Assembly: GCA_038063775.1 (NCBI GenBank) | Contig: JBBTUK010000014.1 | Location: forward strand, 2,436 to 40,046 | Reading direction: 5' to 3' | Origin: Patescibacteria group bacterium | Lineage (GTDB): Bacteria; Patescibacteriota; Minisyncoccia; Moranbacterales; UBA2206 | Length of the DNA: 37,611 nt | Part shown: positions 24,336-33,671 of the stretch, one piece after another | Numbering within the stretch: the stretch's first letter is position 1 | Layout of the letters: each line of letters begins with the position of its first letter | The notes under the pieces: generated by a model | Told to the model about the DNA's origin: nothing | Database searches by the model: none | Seen by the model: only the letters and a program-made list of their open reading frames with translations | Made by a program: the position numbers and the translations under genes

Positions 24336-25454
24336 TTATATCCAATTATAAATCAAATAGCTTCCGATGAAAAGCATCACGCCCGCCGCTATCGCATGTA
24401 AAAAACGCAGGTTTTTTTGCCTCCAAGCCTCCATTTTACCCATGCGCGCCGAACCAAAATACATCAGCAAGGTGATTATGAGCATCGGCAAAATGAATAT
24501 GAAGTTATACAACACAAGGAGCGGCAAAGTTCTCATCGTATTCATTTTTTCCGCCATAAGACCGAGGATGACGATATACGGCCCGCTTGAGCAAGGAACC
24601 AAAAACAAGCTGACGACAAATCCGGCACCGAGCGCGCCAAGCGGACTCGTAACCTTTTTCAAAACTTCTTGCATTTTCGGCCGCCAACTCAAAGGTACTT
24701 CCATGATAAAAACCTTGCCATACCAAAAAACATCTTTAAGATTGGCCAGCCCGATGATGATTGAAAGAATGCCCACGCCAAGGGAAATGAATTTCGGCAA
24801 GCTAAAAACGGTGATTGCTTTATAAACTCCGAGACCCATCAAGAAATATGAAGTGAAGATTGCCAAGGAAAATGCCAAGCCGGCAAGCAGCGCCTTATTT
24901 TTGCCTTTGGCCGCCATGACGGTGGACAAAAGCAAAATAAGCACCGCCAAAGCGCAAGGGTTGCTGGCATCGACGAAAGCGGCGCTAACAAGCAGCGGAA
25001 TGGGAACCGAAAGTTTTTGGCTTTTGGCTTGCGCGGTTTGGACTAGCTCCAAGTCCTTTTTTTCCCCCAGCGATTTCCGAATGCTTTCGGGAGTGGGAAA
25101 ATCCGCGCCTTGGGCGTTTTCCATTTCCGAAACAAAGCGGTTGTTTATGGAAACATCGCCGACTAATTTTTTATCATCGAAAAAAATTGCGGGATATCCC
25201 CGATCCTCAGGCTTGGTATCGCCAAACACGTCAAAATATTCGTTCAGCAATTGTATTTCCGTGGCGCCGGAAGCTTCTATTTTTTTGATATCATATTTGT
25301 CGTAGATCCCGTTGGCCAGAAAATACTCGTCAACTTTTTTGCAATGGGAACAGGTTTCCGCGTAAAAATAAACGGCTTTCTTTTTGACCGTTTGCGCTGA
25401 TATTGCCAAAGGGAGGAGAAAAAAAACTATAGAAAGGATGAGATATTTTTTCAT
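24336..25454 (-). CDS. Exported thioredoxin/glutaredoxin-like domain fused to CcdA/DsbD-beta-like membrane domain (start corrected to MKKYLIL)
   Basis: Signal peptide ending AISA, FYAETCSHC, GYPAIFF, then about six TMs containing NPCA and VPCSSGPY. Confidence 0.85.
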   Translation of the reverse strand: MKKYLILSIVFFLLPLAISAQTVKKKAVYFYAETCSHCKKVDEYFLANGIYDKYDIKKIEASGATEIQLLNEYFDVFGDTKPEDRGYPAIFFDDKKLVGDVSINNRFVSEMENAQGADFPTPESIRKSLGEKKDLELVQTAQAKSQKLSVPIPLLVSAAFVDASNPCALAVLILLLSTVMAAKGKNKALLAGLAFSLAIFTSYFLMGLGVYKAITVFSLPKFISLGVGILSIIIGLANLKDVFWYGKVFIMEVPLSWRPKMQEVLKKVTSPLGALGAGFVVSLFLVPCSSGPYIVILGLMAEKMNTMRTLPLLVLYNFIFILPMLIITLLMYFGSARMGKMEAWRQKNLRFLHAIAAGVMLFIGSYLIYNWI

Positions 25455-25473
25455 ATAAAAGCTGCGAAGATTT

Positions 25474-26187
25474 TTATTCACCAAACCGCCTTTGCCTTTG
25501 CGCATAGTCTTCCAAAGCTTTCCCGAATTCATTTTCGTTAAAATCGGGGAAATTTTTTTCGGAAAAATAGAGCTGAGCATTAGCGCTATCCCACATCATA
25601 AACCCGGCGCTCAGATGCGGTTCGCCGCCCGTGCGGATAATAAAATCAACTGTCGGAATGTCGTGTGTCATCAGATTTTCCTTAATAATTTCGGCGGTTA
25701 TTTTCGTGCCGGATTTATATTTGCTTTTAATATCCTGCATCGCCTGGACCATTTCATCCGTCCCGCTGTAAGCCAACAAAAGATTAAGTATCCTTTTTTT
25801 ATAATTTTTTGTTTTATTCATAACCCCTTGGATGGTTTTTTTTAACGATTCCGGAAATTGTTCTTCCCAGCGGCCGATAACATTTATCCTCACTTCCTTA
25901 TCCCGGATCTCCTTGCTTTCCATGAGTCTTTCGAAATATCTTTTATAAATATCCAGAAGCGCTTTTTTTTCCTGAAAAGGGCGTTTTTTCAAGTTATCCA
26001 AAGATGATCCCCAAAAAGAAAGGCAGTGCAGACCTTTTTCCAAAGCAAAACTGACAAGCTTTTCCAAATTTTTGGCACCGGCTTCGTGCCCTTCCCAAGG
26101 CTTAAGATTTTTAGCTCTGGCCCACCGGCGGTTCCCATCCGGGATGATTGCCACATGCCGCGGAGCCTGCTTCATTTTTTTCATCAT
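25474..26187 (-). CDS. uppS: Undecaprenyl diphosphate synthase
   Basis: HVAIIPDGNRRWA, IIRTGGE, SAGFMMW. Confidence 0.95.
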   Translation of the reverse strand: MMKKMKQAPRHVAIIPDGNRRWARAKNLKPWEGHEAGAKNLEKLVSFALEKGLHCLSFWGSSLDNLKKRPFQEKKALLDIYKRYFERLMESKEIRDKEVRINVIGRWEEQFPESLKKTIQGVMNKTKNYKKRILNLLLAYSGTDEMVQAMQDIKSKYKSGTKITAEIIKENLMTHDIPTVDFIIRTGGEPHLSAGFMMWDSANAQLYFSEKNFPDFNENEFGKALEDYAQRQRRFGE

Positions 26188-26259
26188 AAATAAATCTTAC
26201 CTTAAATTTAAAATACCGGCAATAAAAAATATCCACCCTTTGGCAAACTTAAAAAATAA

Positions 26260-27339
26260 TCAGACTATCCGGCTAATGATATAATCCGCTATCCCCAAAA
26301 GAAAATCTTTGGCTTCCGGTTTGAATTGCTGGTTTTTTATTCCGTTTTCGAGCGCCTCTTTCCCCTGTTTGATGAGCTTGCTCGCCAATTTTTTCGCGTA
26401 TTCCAATGATCCGGTTTCAACGATCACTTTTTTGAAATTATCAAAATTTTTCAGAGTCAGGTCCTTTTTACCCAAAACACTGTCTAAAATTTTCTTCTGA
26501 TCATGGCTGGCTTTTTCGTAAGCCTTGGTCACCAAGATTGTCTGTTTGCCTTGCCGCACGTCCGATCCGACTGACTTGCCCATTTTTTCCTCGTTACCGA
26601 ATATTCCTAAAATATCATCCTGTATTTGGAAGGCAATTCCGACCGGAATTGAATAGCGGCTCAGAGTGTTCAGCAACTCATTATCCGCCCCGCCTAAAAT
26701 AGCTCCCAGATGGAGCGGTCCTTCCACCGTGTATTTAGCGGTTTTATTTTCATACATGGACATTATTTCTTTTTCCGTGGCCCGTCCCTTGTTTTCAATA
26801 TAAACATCTTCCATTTCACCAACGCAAGTCATTGATACTATATTTTGCAATTTATGGAGGGCTTTTACGATCAGTTCCGGACGAAAATCAGATTCATAAA
26901 TAACTCGATTGCCAAAAGCTCCTATCATATCCCCGACTATGATAGCCATTGAATTTCCAAAATGCTCCGGATCCCTGGTTTTCAAAAATTTTCTCCCGAG
27001 GCTTTCGTAACGTTTGTGAATAGTCGTAATCCCATGCCGTTTGTCATCTTGGTCTATTATATCGTCGTGGATTAGAAGAAATATGTGAATGAATTCGATG
27101 CTAATGCTAATTTTGATTATTTTTTCCAAATCTTTTCCGTCAGCCGCGAGGTATCCATAATACATAAAAACGGCTCTGGCCCTTTTGCCGCCGGCTAAAA
27201 TTATTTTTTTCACATACCGCAAGGCATCCGCGACATTTTTGTCTATTTTTTCCGTATCCCTGATAACCAAATTTAAATATCTTTCTATTTCCGGATCAAT
27301 TTTTTTCTTCAATTCCGTTAATGTTTTTTGAGCATCCAC
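26260..27339 (-). CDS. Polyprenyl diphosphate synthase (GGPPS/IspA family), GTG start
   Basis: GGKRAR, LIHDDIIDQD..R, KTAKYT, FQIQDDILG. Confidence 0.93.
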   Translation of the reverse strand: MDAQKTLTELKKKIDPEIERYLNLVIRDTEKIDKNVADALRYVKKIILAGGKRARAVFMYYGYLAADGKDLEKIIKISISIEFIHIFLLIHDDIIDQDDKRHGITTIHKRYESLGRKFLKTRDPEHFGNSMAIIVGDMIGAFGNRVIYESDFRPELIVKALHKLQNIVSMTCVGEMEDVYIENKGRATEKEIMSMYENKTAKYTVEGPLHLGAILGGADNELLNTLSRYSIPVGIAFQIQDDILGIFGNEEKMGKSVGSDVRQGKQTILVTKAYEKASHDQKKILDSVLGKKDLTLKNFDNFKKVIVETGSLEYAKKLASKLIKQGKEALENGIKNQQFKPEAKDFLLGIADYIISRIV

Positions 27340-27372
27340 AAGGTTTTCGCTATTTAATATTTAGTATTTTTG

Positions 27373-27446
27373 TACCGCCAACGGGAGTCGAACCCGTGAT
27401 CTCTTGGATGAGAACCAAGTGTCCTGGACCACTAGACGATGGCGGC
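27373..27446 (-). tRNA. tRNA-Glu(CTC), CCA not encoded
   Basis: Acceptor GCCGCCA/TGGCGGT, anticodon arm CTTGG-TTCTCAT-CCAAG, T arm CGGG-TTCGACT-CCCG. Confidence 0.95.
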
Positions 27447-27547
27447 AAAATATCTCAGGGGGTGTTCCGGTCGCCTGGCGACCGAGAATGCTCGGCGCTC
27501 TAGCACCGGCAGGAACCAAGTGTCCTGGACAACTAGACGATGAGGCC
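27447..27547 (-). pseudogene. Disrupted tRNA-Glu-like copy: 5' half intact, 3' half replaced by palindromes
   Basis: The minus strand of 27513-27547 reads GGCCTCATCGTCTAGTTGTCCAGGACACTTGGTTC. It matches the neighbouring tRNA up to the anticodon loop and then diverges. Confidence 0.7.
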
Positions 27548-27572
27548 GAACTAGACGCGGCACATTAACCGT

Positions 27573-27600
27573 ATTTTACACAAGATAACAAAAAAATCAA
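27573..27600 (-). promoter_or_regulatory. Probable tRNA promoter
   Basis: TTGATT-16 bp-TAAAAT with TGn extension. Confidence 0.5.
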
Positions 27601-27640
27601 AGCGTCTGCTTTGATTTTCAAGAATAATAATTGTTGCTTT

Positions 27641-28996
27641 CTAGACTATGCGGAATGGCTTCTCTTTCCATTCCTTGTTTTGCCTGCATAAAAGTTCCCT
27701 GTCTTTTTGCGGCTCGGCCATAATTTCTTCTACCACTTTTTCCATCCGCATTCCCTGCGATCCTTTCACCAGAATAATATCTCTCTCTTTTAAAATTTCC
27801 TGCAGTTTTCGGCCGGCCTCCATGGGACTGGTGAAAGAAAAAATATTTTGCGGATTGACTTTGTTTTTTTCCAGTTCCGCCACGGCAAACTTCATCCTTT
27901 CGCCGACCGCCAAAAAAATATCGCCTTTGATTTCTAGAAATTTTTTAGCCACGCTTTGATGGCTCCTTTCAGTTTCAGAGCCCAACTCAAGCATATCTCC
28001 CAGCACCGCGATTTTTCGACAGTTTTTTCCACCAGAAGCGGATATCCCCCGCAGGACTTCCAACGCCGCGAGAGCCGAAGCCGGTGAAGAGTTATATGTA
28101 TCATCAATTATTAGTGTATTTTTAATCCCTTTTATCAGATTGAGTCTTCCCGGAGGCGATAAAAAATTGGAAAGAAGACCGGATATTTCCACCAGATTCA
28201 AGCCGAATTCCACTCCGACTGCCGCCGCAACCAGTGCTGAATAAATTTGATGCCGCGCCAGAACATTGTTCAAACGAACCGGCAAGATAGTCCCCTTGTA
28301 ATTCAGTTTAAAGCTCAAACCTCTGATTTCCCGACCATCAGCGCAGTTTAAAAAAACATCAGTTGCCCGCATGTCGGCTTTTCCCGAAAATCCAAAAGTT
28401 ATCAGACGCGCTTTTATCTGATCTTGCAACTTGGCAATATCGGGATTGTCAATATTTATCACGGCTAGCGCGCCGGAATCCAAGGTTTTGACTAGAGATA
28501 TTTTTTCTCGGGCGACGCTTTCTAAATTTTTAAAAAATTCTATATGGCTAAAAGAAATTTCCGTGACCACCCCCACGCTCGACTCAACAAAATCAGTAAG
28601 ATATTTTATGTCCCCCGGCCGGTCGGCGCCCATTTCTAAAATCAAAATCTCCGGATATTCTATCGGAAGAATTATAACCACCAGCCATTTCAGAAAAACA
28701 ACTAGCCAGCTGCGGATTGAATTTTTTCCGGATTCAGTGCCGATGATGGTAAGCGGCAAGCCGATTTCATTGTTGTAATTTTTTTCGCTTCTCCGCACCC
28801 GGTATTGGCTGGCTAAAACGGCGAAAATCGCTTCTTTGGCAGAGGTTTTTCCCACCGATCCGGTGACGCTGATAATTCTAGGGTTATATTTTTTCAAAAC
28901 TAAACGCGCCATCGTTCGCAACGCTGATTTCAAAAAAACCATTTTTTTAGGTTCTGCTGTTTTCACTCCATTAAAAACAATGTTTTTTGTTATCAT
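27641..28996 (-). CDS. murF: UDP-MurNAc-tripeptide--D-Ala-D-Ala ligase (start may be about 28940)
   Basis: VTGSVGKTS, NNEIGLPLT, LEMG, DDTYNSSP, VLGDMLELG, LVKGS.GM.ME. Confidence 0.92.
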   Translation of the reverse strand: MITKNIVFNGVKTAEPKKMVFLKSALRTMARLVLKKYNPRIISVTGSVGKTSAKEAIFAVLASQYRVRRSEKNYNNEIGLPLTIIGTESGKNSIRSWLVVFLKWLVVIILPIEYPEILILEMGADRPGDIKYLTDFVESSVGVVTEISFSHIEFFKNLESVAREKISLVKTLDSGALAVINIDNPDIAKLQDQIKARLITFGFSGKADMRATDVFLNCADGREIRGLSFKLNYKGTILPVRLNNVLARHQIYSALVAAAVGVEFGLNLVEISGLLSNFLSPPGRLNLIKGIKNTLIIDDTYNSSPASALAALEVLRGISASGGKNCRKIAVLGDMLELGSETERSHQSVAKKFLEIKGDIFLAVGERMKFAVAELEKNKVNPQNIFSFTSPMEAGRKLQEILKERDIILVKGSQGMRMEKVVEEIMAEPQKDRELLCRQNKEWKEKPFRIV

Positions 28997-29054
28997 TCTT
29001 ATTTAAATGTCTATTAGCAAAGTTCCTGGCAAATCCAACGCCCCGTTTAAATTT

Positions 29055-30962
29055 CTAACGGGATTTATTTTTTTCTTTCTTTGGTTGATTATCCGTTTCA
29101 ATTGGATTTTCAATGTTTAATTTCTCCTCTTCTTTTCTGACAAAGTTATCCTTCAGGTTATGCGTTTGGTTGAATATGTCAAGATCGGTCTGCGTATAAT
29201 CTTCCGTCGGCTCTATATTATAATATTCCAGTAAAAATTTCATCAACTCTCCGAAAGTCGGCGCCGCGCTTGATTCCGCCCACTGGACGCTTTTGGGATT
29301 GTTTATTTTTACCAGAATCGTGAATTTTGGATCATTCAAGGGAGCAAATCCGGCAAAGGAGCCGATATTTTTCCCTTCCTCATATCCACGGGAACTAGCG
29401 CTGGCAACTTGAGCTGTCCCGGTTTTTCCGGCAACCAGGTAGCCCGGAACATCAGCTCTTTTGCCATGTCCCTTGGTAACAACATTCCGCAAAAGATTGC
29501 CAGTTTGAACAGCCGCCCGCTCAGAAACAACGCGTCGCACTTCCTGGGGCGCAAAACTTTCCTCGCTGCCATCAGCGTGAATTATTTTTTCAACTATCTG
29601 CGGCTTCATCAGCACTCCGCCATTAGCAATGGCGTTATAGGCTGCTGCCAGCTGAATCGGGGTAATCGCGATTCCTTGACCGAAGGAGGCGGTGAAAAAT
29701 TGTATATTGCTTTTTAAATTTTTGAGGTTTTCCAAATTTCCCCCAGATTCGCCGACTAGATCAATTCCGGTAGGCTCTCCGAATCCAAATCTTTTTACGT
29801 AATCGGAGAAATTTTTGTTTCCCACTAGCTTTTCCACGAATATCGCCCCGGTATTGAGAGATTTTTCCAGAAGCTGGGAAATCGTTTGCGTCCCATAGGC
29901 TTTTAAATCGGAATTTTTTATGGTATAGCCGGCTTCTTTGACTGATCCCGTGTCGGAATAAGTCGTATCGGGATTTATTTTATTACTGTCCAGTCCCGCC
30001 GCTATGGTAATAGTCTTAAAAACCGATCCAGATTCATAGGCATCGCTGACAGCCGCGTTTTTATAGGCCGCCATATTTTCAACTTGTGAATAATTGTTGG
30101 GGTCAAAGGTCGGGTAATTCGCCATGGACAAAATTTTTCCCGTAGCCGGTTCCATGACTACGATGGAACCGCCTTCCGCGTCATATTTTTCAACGGCGCT
30201 TTTGAGAAGTTTCTCCGACTCATATTGCACAATGTGGTCAATGGTCAAAACCAGATTGTCTCCGTCCCTAGCTTCCGTTATATCCCTCTGCCCGATTGCG
30301 ATCCACCGCCCCCTGGAATCACGGCTCTGGAAAATATTCCCCTCCGAACCCCGCAAAGTTTTTTCAAAGTAAGCCTCCAGTCCGTATCGCCCGCTCAAAC
30401 TGTTGTCTTTCCATCCGACAAATCCCACCGTTTGAGAAGCTAGTTCATTAGAAGGATAATAACGATAGTTTTCATCCGACAGTTCGACACCCTTGAGCCT
30501 TGCGCCGTTTATTTTTTGCACCTCTTCATCGCTAAGCCAATGTTTCAAAACCTCATATTCGTCGTCGGGTTTGTTCAATTTTTCCAACAAAGCGTTTTTT
30601 TCCAATTGCAGAATCTGCGACAGCTTCTCAGCGGTTCCCGCCGCATCTTCCACTTCTTTCGGGACAGCAAAAGCCATTTTGGTTTCCTTATTGACAGCCA
30701 GCGGATAAAGGCCGTCCTTTTCCTTCAAAAAAATTTCACCTCGCCTAGGCACCAGTTTTTTGAAAATAGTGTGCTGGTCCTCGGCTAACGCTTTATAAGA
30801 AGAATAAGAAAGAATCTGAACTGAATATAATTTGAGCGCAACCACGGTCACCAAGATCAAAATAAAAAAAACCATCCCATAAATTCTCCAGCTTGGAAGG
30901 CTGTTATTCTTCAATCTGCAATATCGGCCCGTTGGACTTTTCCCTTTTATAATGGCTGGCAT
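29055..30962 (-). CDS. ftsI: Class B penicillin-binding protein (FtsI/PBP3)
   Basis: TM, RRGEI, RYYP, GLE, SVFK (SxxK), SLN (SxN), KTG; dcw position. Confidence 0.92.
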   Translation of the reverse strand: MPAIIKGKSPTGRYCRLKNNSLPSWRIYGMVFFILILVTVVALKLYSVQILSYSSYKALAEDQHTIFKKLVPRRGEIFLKEKDGLYPLAVNKETKMAFAVPKEVEDAAGTAEKLSQILQLEKNALLEKLNKPDDEYEVLKHWLSDEEVQKINGARLKGVELSDENYRYYPSNELASQTVGFVGWKDNSLSGRYGLEAYFEKTLRGSEGNIFQSRDSRGRWIAIGQRDITEARDGDNLVLTIDHIVQYESEKLLKSAVEKYDAEGGSIVVMEPATGKILSMANYPTFDPNNYSQVENMAAYKNAAVSDAYESGSVFKTITIAAGLDSNKINPDTTYSDTGSVKEAGYTIKNSDLKAYGTQTISQLLEKSLNTGAIFVEKLVGNKNFSDYVKRFGFGEPTGIDLVGESGGNLENLKNLKSNIQFFTASFGQGIAITPIQLAAAYNAIANGGVLMKPQIVEKIIHADGSEESFAPQEVRRVVSERAAVQTGNLLRNVVTKGHGKRADVPGYLVAGKTGTAQVASASSRGYEEGKNIGSFAGFAPLNDPKFTILVKINNPKSVQWAESSAAPTFGELMKFLLEYYNIEPTEDYTQTDLDIFNQTHNLKDNFVRKEEEKLNIENPIETDNQPKKEKNKSR

Positions 30963-30996
30963 TTGAATCTCCCTAGACTTACACTTCCCAAAAATC

Positions 30997-31410
30997 CTAT
31001 TTCATAGCCACCGGTCTTTTTGCGTCCAGATATGTGATGTTTAAGGAAGTGACCAAATTTAAATCTTCTGTCGCTTTTTCTATGTTATACATCGATTTTA
31101 GCTCTACTTCCCTGATTTTGAGCTTATTTATGTCTTTTTCCGATTCCTGGACTTTACCTTCCAACTCCCTGAGTTCATACCCCTTGGTGGCGATGGAATT
31201 CACCTGGTATAAATAAAAGATTCCCGCCGCTAAAATGCCGGCAATTGCCAAAAACACCGCGGTCACCAGACCGATTCCGGCTTTGCCATGAAGTTCGGAC
31301 TTCTGGCGGAAAACTACATCCCCAACAAGCGCCTTCTTTTGCGCTTTTTGTCCGGAAAAACTTCTTTTGGGCCAGAGACAGGAATTTTGGATGATTAAAA
31401 CCCTTGACAT
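30997..31410 (-). CDS. ftsL: FtsL-like bitopic coiled-coil protein
   Basis: Located between rsmH and ftsI; one TM followed by a heptad coiled coil and IEKATEDLNL. Confidence 0.7.
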   Translation of the reverse strand: MSRVLIIQNSCLWPKRSFSGQKAQKKALVGDVVFRQKSELHGKAGIGLVTAVFLAIAGILAAGIFYLYQVNSIATKGYELRELEGKVQESEKDINKLKIREVELKSMYNIEKATEDLNLVTSLNITYLDAKRPVAMK

Positions 31411-31468
31411 TTATTTTCAGCCCCCTTGAAAACTTGCCAAATTAATTGTTTGTTTGTGTTTGTATTGG

Positions 31469-32467
31469 TTAAATTTTTTCCGCTATGCGAAGCTTGGCGC
31501 TCCTGGCTCTCGGATTTTCCTTAATTTCGATCTCGTCTGGAACGATAGGCCTCTTGGTGATTATTTTCACTTTCGCCTTATGCCCGCAACGGCACTGCGG
31601 AAAGTTTGGCGGGCAAATGCATCCCCTAGCATTTTCCCGGATTATATTTTTAACAATTCTGTCTTCTAATGAATGGAATGATATTATTCCGAGCCTTCCT
31701 CCGGTCGCCAGAATATCGATGGCCTGCGGAATGAATTTTTCTAAATTTTCTAATTCCTGGTTGACTTCGATTCGGATGGCCTGAAATGTTTTGGTGGCCG
31801 GAGAAATTTTTCCGTGTTTGTATTTTTCCGACACGGCGCTTTCAATTATTCTTGCCAGTTCGAGTGTAGTTTCTATCGCCTTATTTTTTCTATACTCAAC
31901 TATTTTTCTCGCGATGCTTTTGGCGAATTTTTCTTCTCCATAAATTTTTAGAATTTTTTCCAATTCGTTCTGGGCGTAGCCATTGACTATCTCTTTCGCC
32001 GTGAGAACTCCGTTTTGATCAAGCCGCATATCGAGCGGAGCATCAGAGAGAAAGCTCATCCCGCGCTCCACGTCTTCCAGTTGGTCCGAGGAATATCCGA
32101 GGTCAGCCAAAACGGCATCTACGGTTTCCACCCCCAGTCCCCCTAAAATATTTTTCAAATTGGCGAAATTGTCTTTTACTAAAAAATTATCCGCTTTTGG
32201 CTGCCAGTTAATTACTGGCTGAATATCTTTGGATTTTAGAAATTGGAATTTATTTGGGATTTGGGATTTTGAACTTTGGATTTTAAACCTTTCTAGAGCA
32301 TTTTCATCAGCATCGATGGCTATTAGCTTACCCCTCACCCCGATTTTCTTTAATATAGCTATACTGTGTCCGCCTCCCCCCAAAGTGGCATCCACAACCA
32401 CCGCGTCTTTTTTCAAATTCAGCCCCTCAACCGCTTCCTTTAGTAATACAGGTTTATGGATCGTCAT
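31469..32467 (-). CDS. rsmH: 16S rRNA m4C1402 methyltransferase RsmH with in-frame repeat-derived insert
   Basis: HKPVLL, DATLGGGGHS, DLGYSS, PLDMR, FQAIRIEVNQEL, SFHSLEDRIVK, NPRARSAKLR. Confidence 0.97.
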   Translation of the reverse strand: MTIHKPVLLKEAVEGLNLKKDAVVVDATLGGGGHSIAILKKIGVRGKLIAIDADENALERFKIQSSKSQIPNKFQFLKSKDIQPVINWQPKADNFLVKDNFANLKNILGGLGVETVDAVLADLGYSSDQLEDVERGMSFLSDAPLDMRLDQNGVLTAKEIVNGYAQNELEKILKIYGEEKFAKSIARKIVEYRKNKAIETTLELARIIESAVSEKYKHGKISPATKTFQAIRIEVNQELENLEKFIPQAIDILATGGRLGIISFHSLEDRIVKNIIRENARGCICPPNFPQCRCGHKAKVKIITKRPIVPDEIEIKENPRARSAKLRIAEKI

Positions 32468-32472
32468 TTGGA

Positions 32473-32907
32473 TTAATATACTCCCAATTTCCCTAATTGC
32501 TCCGCTATCTCATCCGTATTCTTTTCCGCGCCTTTCTTGTATTCTTTCCATTTCTTTTCGTCCCATATTTCCAGCCGGTTATAAAGTCCAGCAATGATCA
32601 CTTCCTTGTTCAGCCGGGCGTATTCTTTCAGATAATCTGGAATCAGTATTCTTCCCTGCTTATCCACTTCCACATCCGTGGCTCCCGCCAACATGGTTCT
32701 GACAAAACTCCTGGTGCCGGATTCTCCGACCGGAAGCGCTCCCAGTTTTTCAGCCAGCCTCTCCCAAACTTTCATCGGATAAATGAAAAGGCACTTGTCC
32801 AGCCCGCGCGTCACCACGACCTTATTTTTTAACTCGCCGCGAAACTTTGACGGAACCGCCAATCTTTTTTTCGGATCTATTGAATGTTGATATTCTCCGA
32901 TAAACAT
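32473..32907 (-). CDS. mraZ: Transcriptional regulator MraZ
   Basis: MFIGEYQHSIDPKKRL, DKQGRILIP, RLEIW. Confidence 0.97.
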   Translation of the reverse strand: MFIGEYQHSIDPKKRLAVPSKFRGELKNKVVVTRGLDKCLFIYPMKVWERLAEKLGALPVGESGTRSFVRTMLAGATDVEVDKQGRILIPDYLKEYARLNKEVIIAGLYNRLEIWDEKKWKEYKKGAEKNTDEIAEQLGKLGVY

Positions 32908-32980
32908 AGATACAAAAAACAGAAAGTGTTTTGTTTTTTAATTCATCCCGTCACACCAAAATTTTTGGTGTAGATATTTA

Positions 32981-33043
32981 CCACTTTCCCCCACTTATTT
33001 ACAATTTAGCTCTATTTTACTCCACTAAGCAATACTTCGTCAA
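32981..33043 (-). promoter_or_regulatory. mraZ promoter with MraZ-box-like GTGG repeats
   Basis: AAGTGG twice at 10-nt spacing (32981-32996) and GTGG at 33022-33025; TTGACG-18 bp-TAAAAT at 33043-33014. Confidence 0.7.
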
Positions 33044-33153
33044 CACTTTCGGAAAAATCAAAAAAACAGCCTTTTTAGGCTATTCTTGAAAAGTTATGCA
33101 CAGTTTTTACACCATTGCAGTATTTTAAAGTATCTATTTTTAAATATTTAGAA

Positions 33154-33192
33154 AAATAAAAAAAGTCCCGGAGAGAATTTCATCCCCGAGAC
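33154..33192 (-). terminator. Intrinsic terminator of the two-gene orphan unit
   Basis: Minus strand gtctcgggga/tctccgggac 10-bp stem (two G-U pairs that form only on this strand), followed by a T tract. Confidence 0.75.
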
Positions 33193-33218
33193 AATACCGA
33201 CAATTGCTGATCTGATAA

Positions 33219-33326
33219 TCATCCCTCGGCGCTTTCGAGACAGATATTTAGGATCGTCTTTCCGAACAGAAGACTGGCAGCAATGACTGCAGGAATCCCA
33301 AATATCCCCAGAACCAGATACTCCAT
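33219..33326 (-). CDS. Small hydrophobic protein, 35 aa (not in ORF track)
   Basis: SD AAAGGAGGTG at 33331-33340, then MEYLVLGIFGIPAVIAASLLFGKTILNICLESAEG*, followed by a terminator. Confidence 0.65.
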   Translation of the reverse strand: MEYLVLGIFGIPAVIAASLLFGKTILNICLESAEG

Positions 33327-33344
33327 GTCCCACCTCCTTTGTTA

Positions 33345-33671
33345 TTATTTTTCAGCGTCGTCTTTTTTGCGGTTCTTGAATTTCCATATGGCAAAACCCG
33401 TAATAGCAGTACCAGCTAAAATCTTGATTGCCATACGCACCGCGCCTACTCCTTTTTCTTCGGCTAACTTTTTATGCTCTTTAATGCGCTTTTCAACTTC
33501 TGCTTGATCACTTTCTGTCCATCCGTATACATCCATAATTGGCTTGAGTACCTTAGGCTCAAAATCCGGATCATGCATGACAGCATTAATAATCGCGTGG
33601 CTTCCGGAACGGTATGTTTCAACAAGACCATAAAGCGCTTCGCGCATCCTATCTTTGTCTTCCGTTTTCAT
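33345..33671 (-). CDS. Hypothetical protein with C-terminal membrane anchor
   Basis: SD GGAGG; 108 aa; hydrophobic stretch AIKILAGTAITGFAIW followed by a basic tail. Confidence 0.75.
   Translation of the reverse strand: MKTEDKDRMREALYGLVETYRSGSHAIINAVMHDPDFEPKVLKPIMDVYGWTESDQAEVEKRIKEHKKLAEEKGVGAVRMAIKILAGTAITGFAIWKFKNRKKDDAEK

Noticed and set aside
27641-32907. Absence of murE, mraY, ftsW and ftsZ from the dcw cluster as gene loss
   Set aside because: This cannot be judged from one window; fragmented dcw clusters are common.
33094-33102. DnaA box ttatgcaca suggesting oriC
   Set aside because: It is a single box plus one weak match near 33744; there is no cluster, no dnaA and no switch in gene orientation.
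33148-33333. 61-aa ORF from the ORF track
   Set aside because: It starts inside the SD and runs through the terminator; the 35-aa frame at 33219-33326 fits better.
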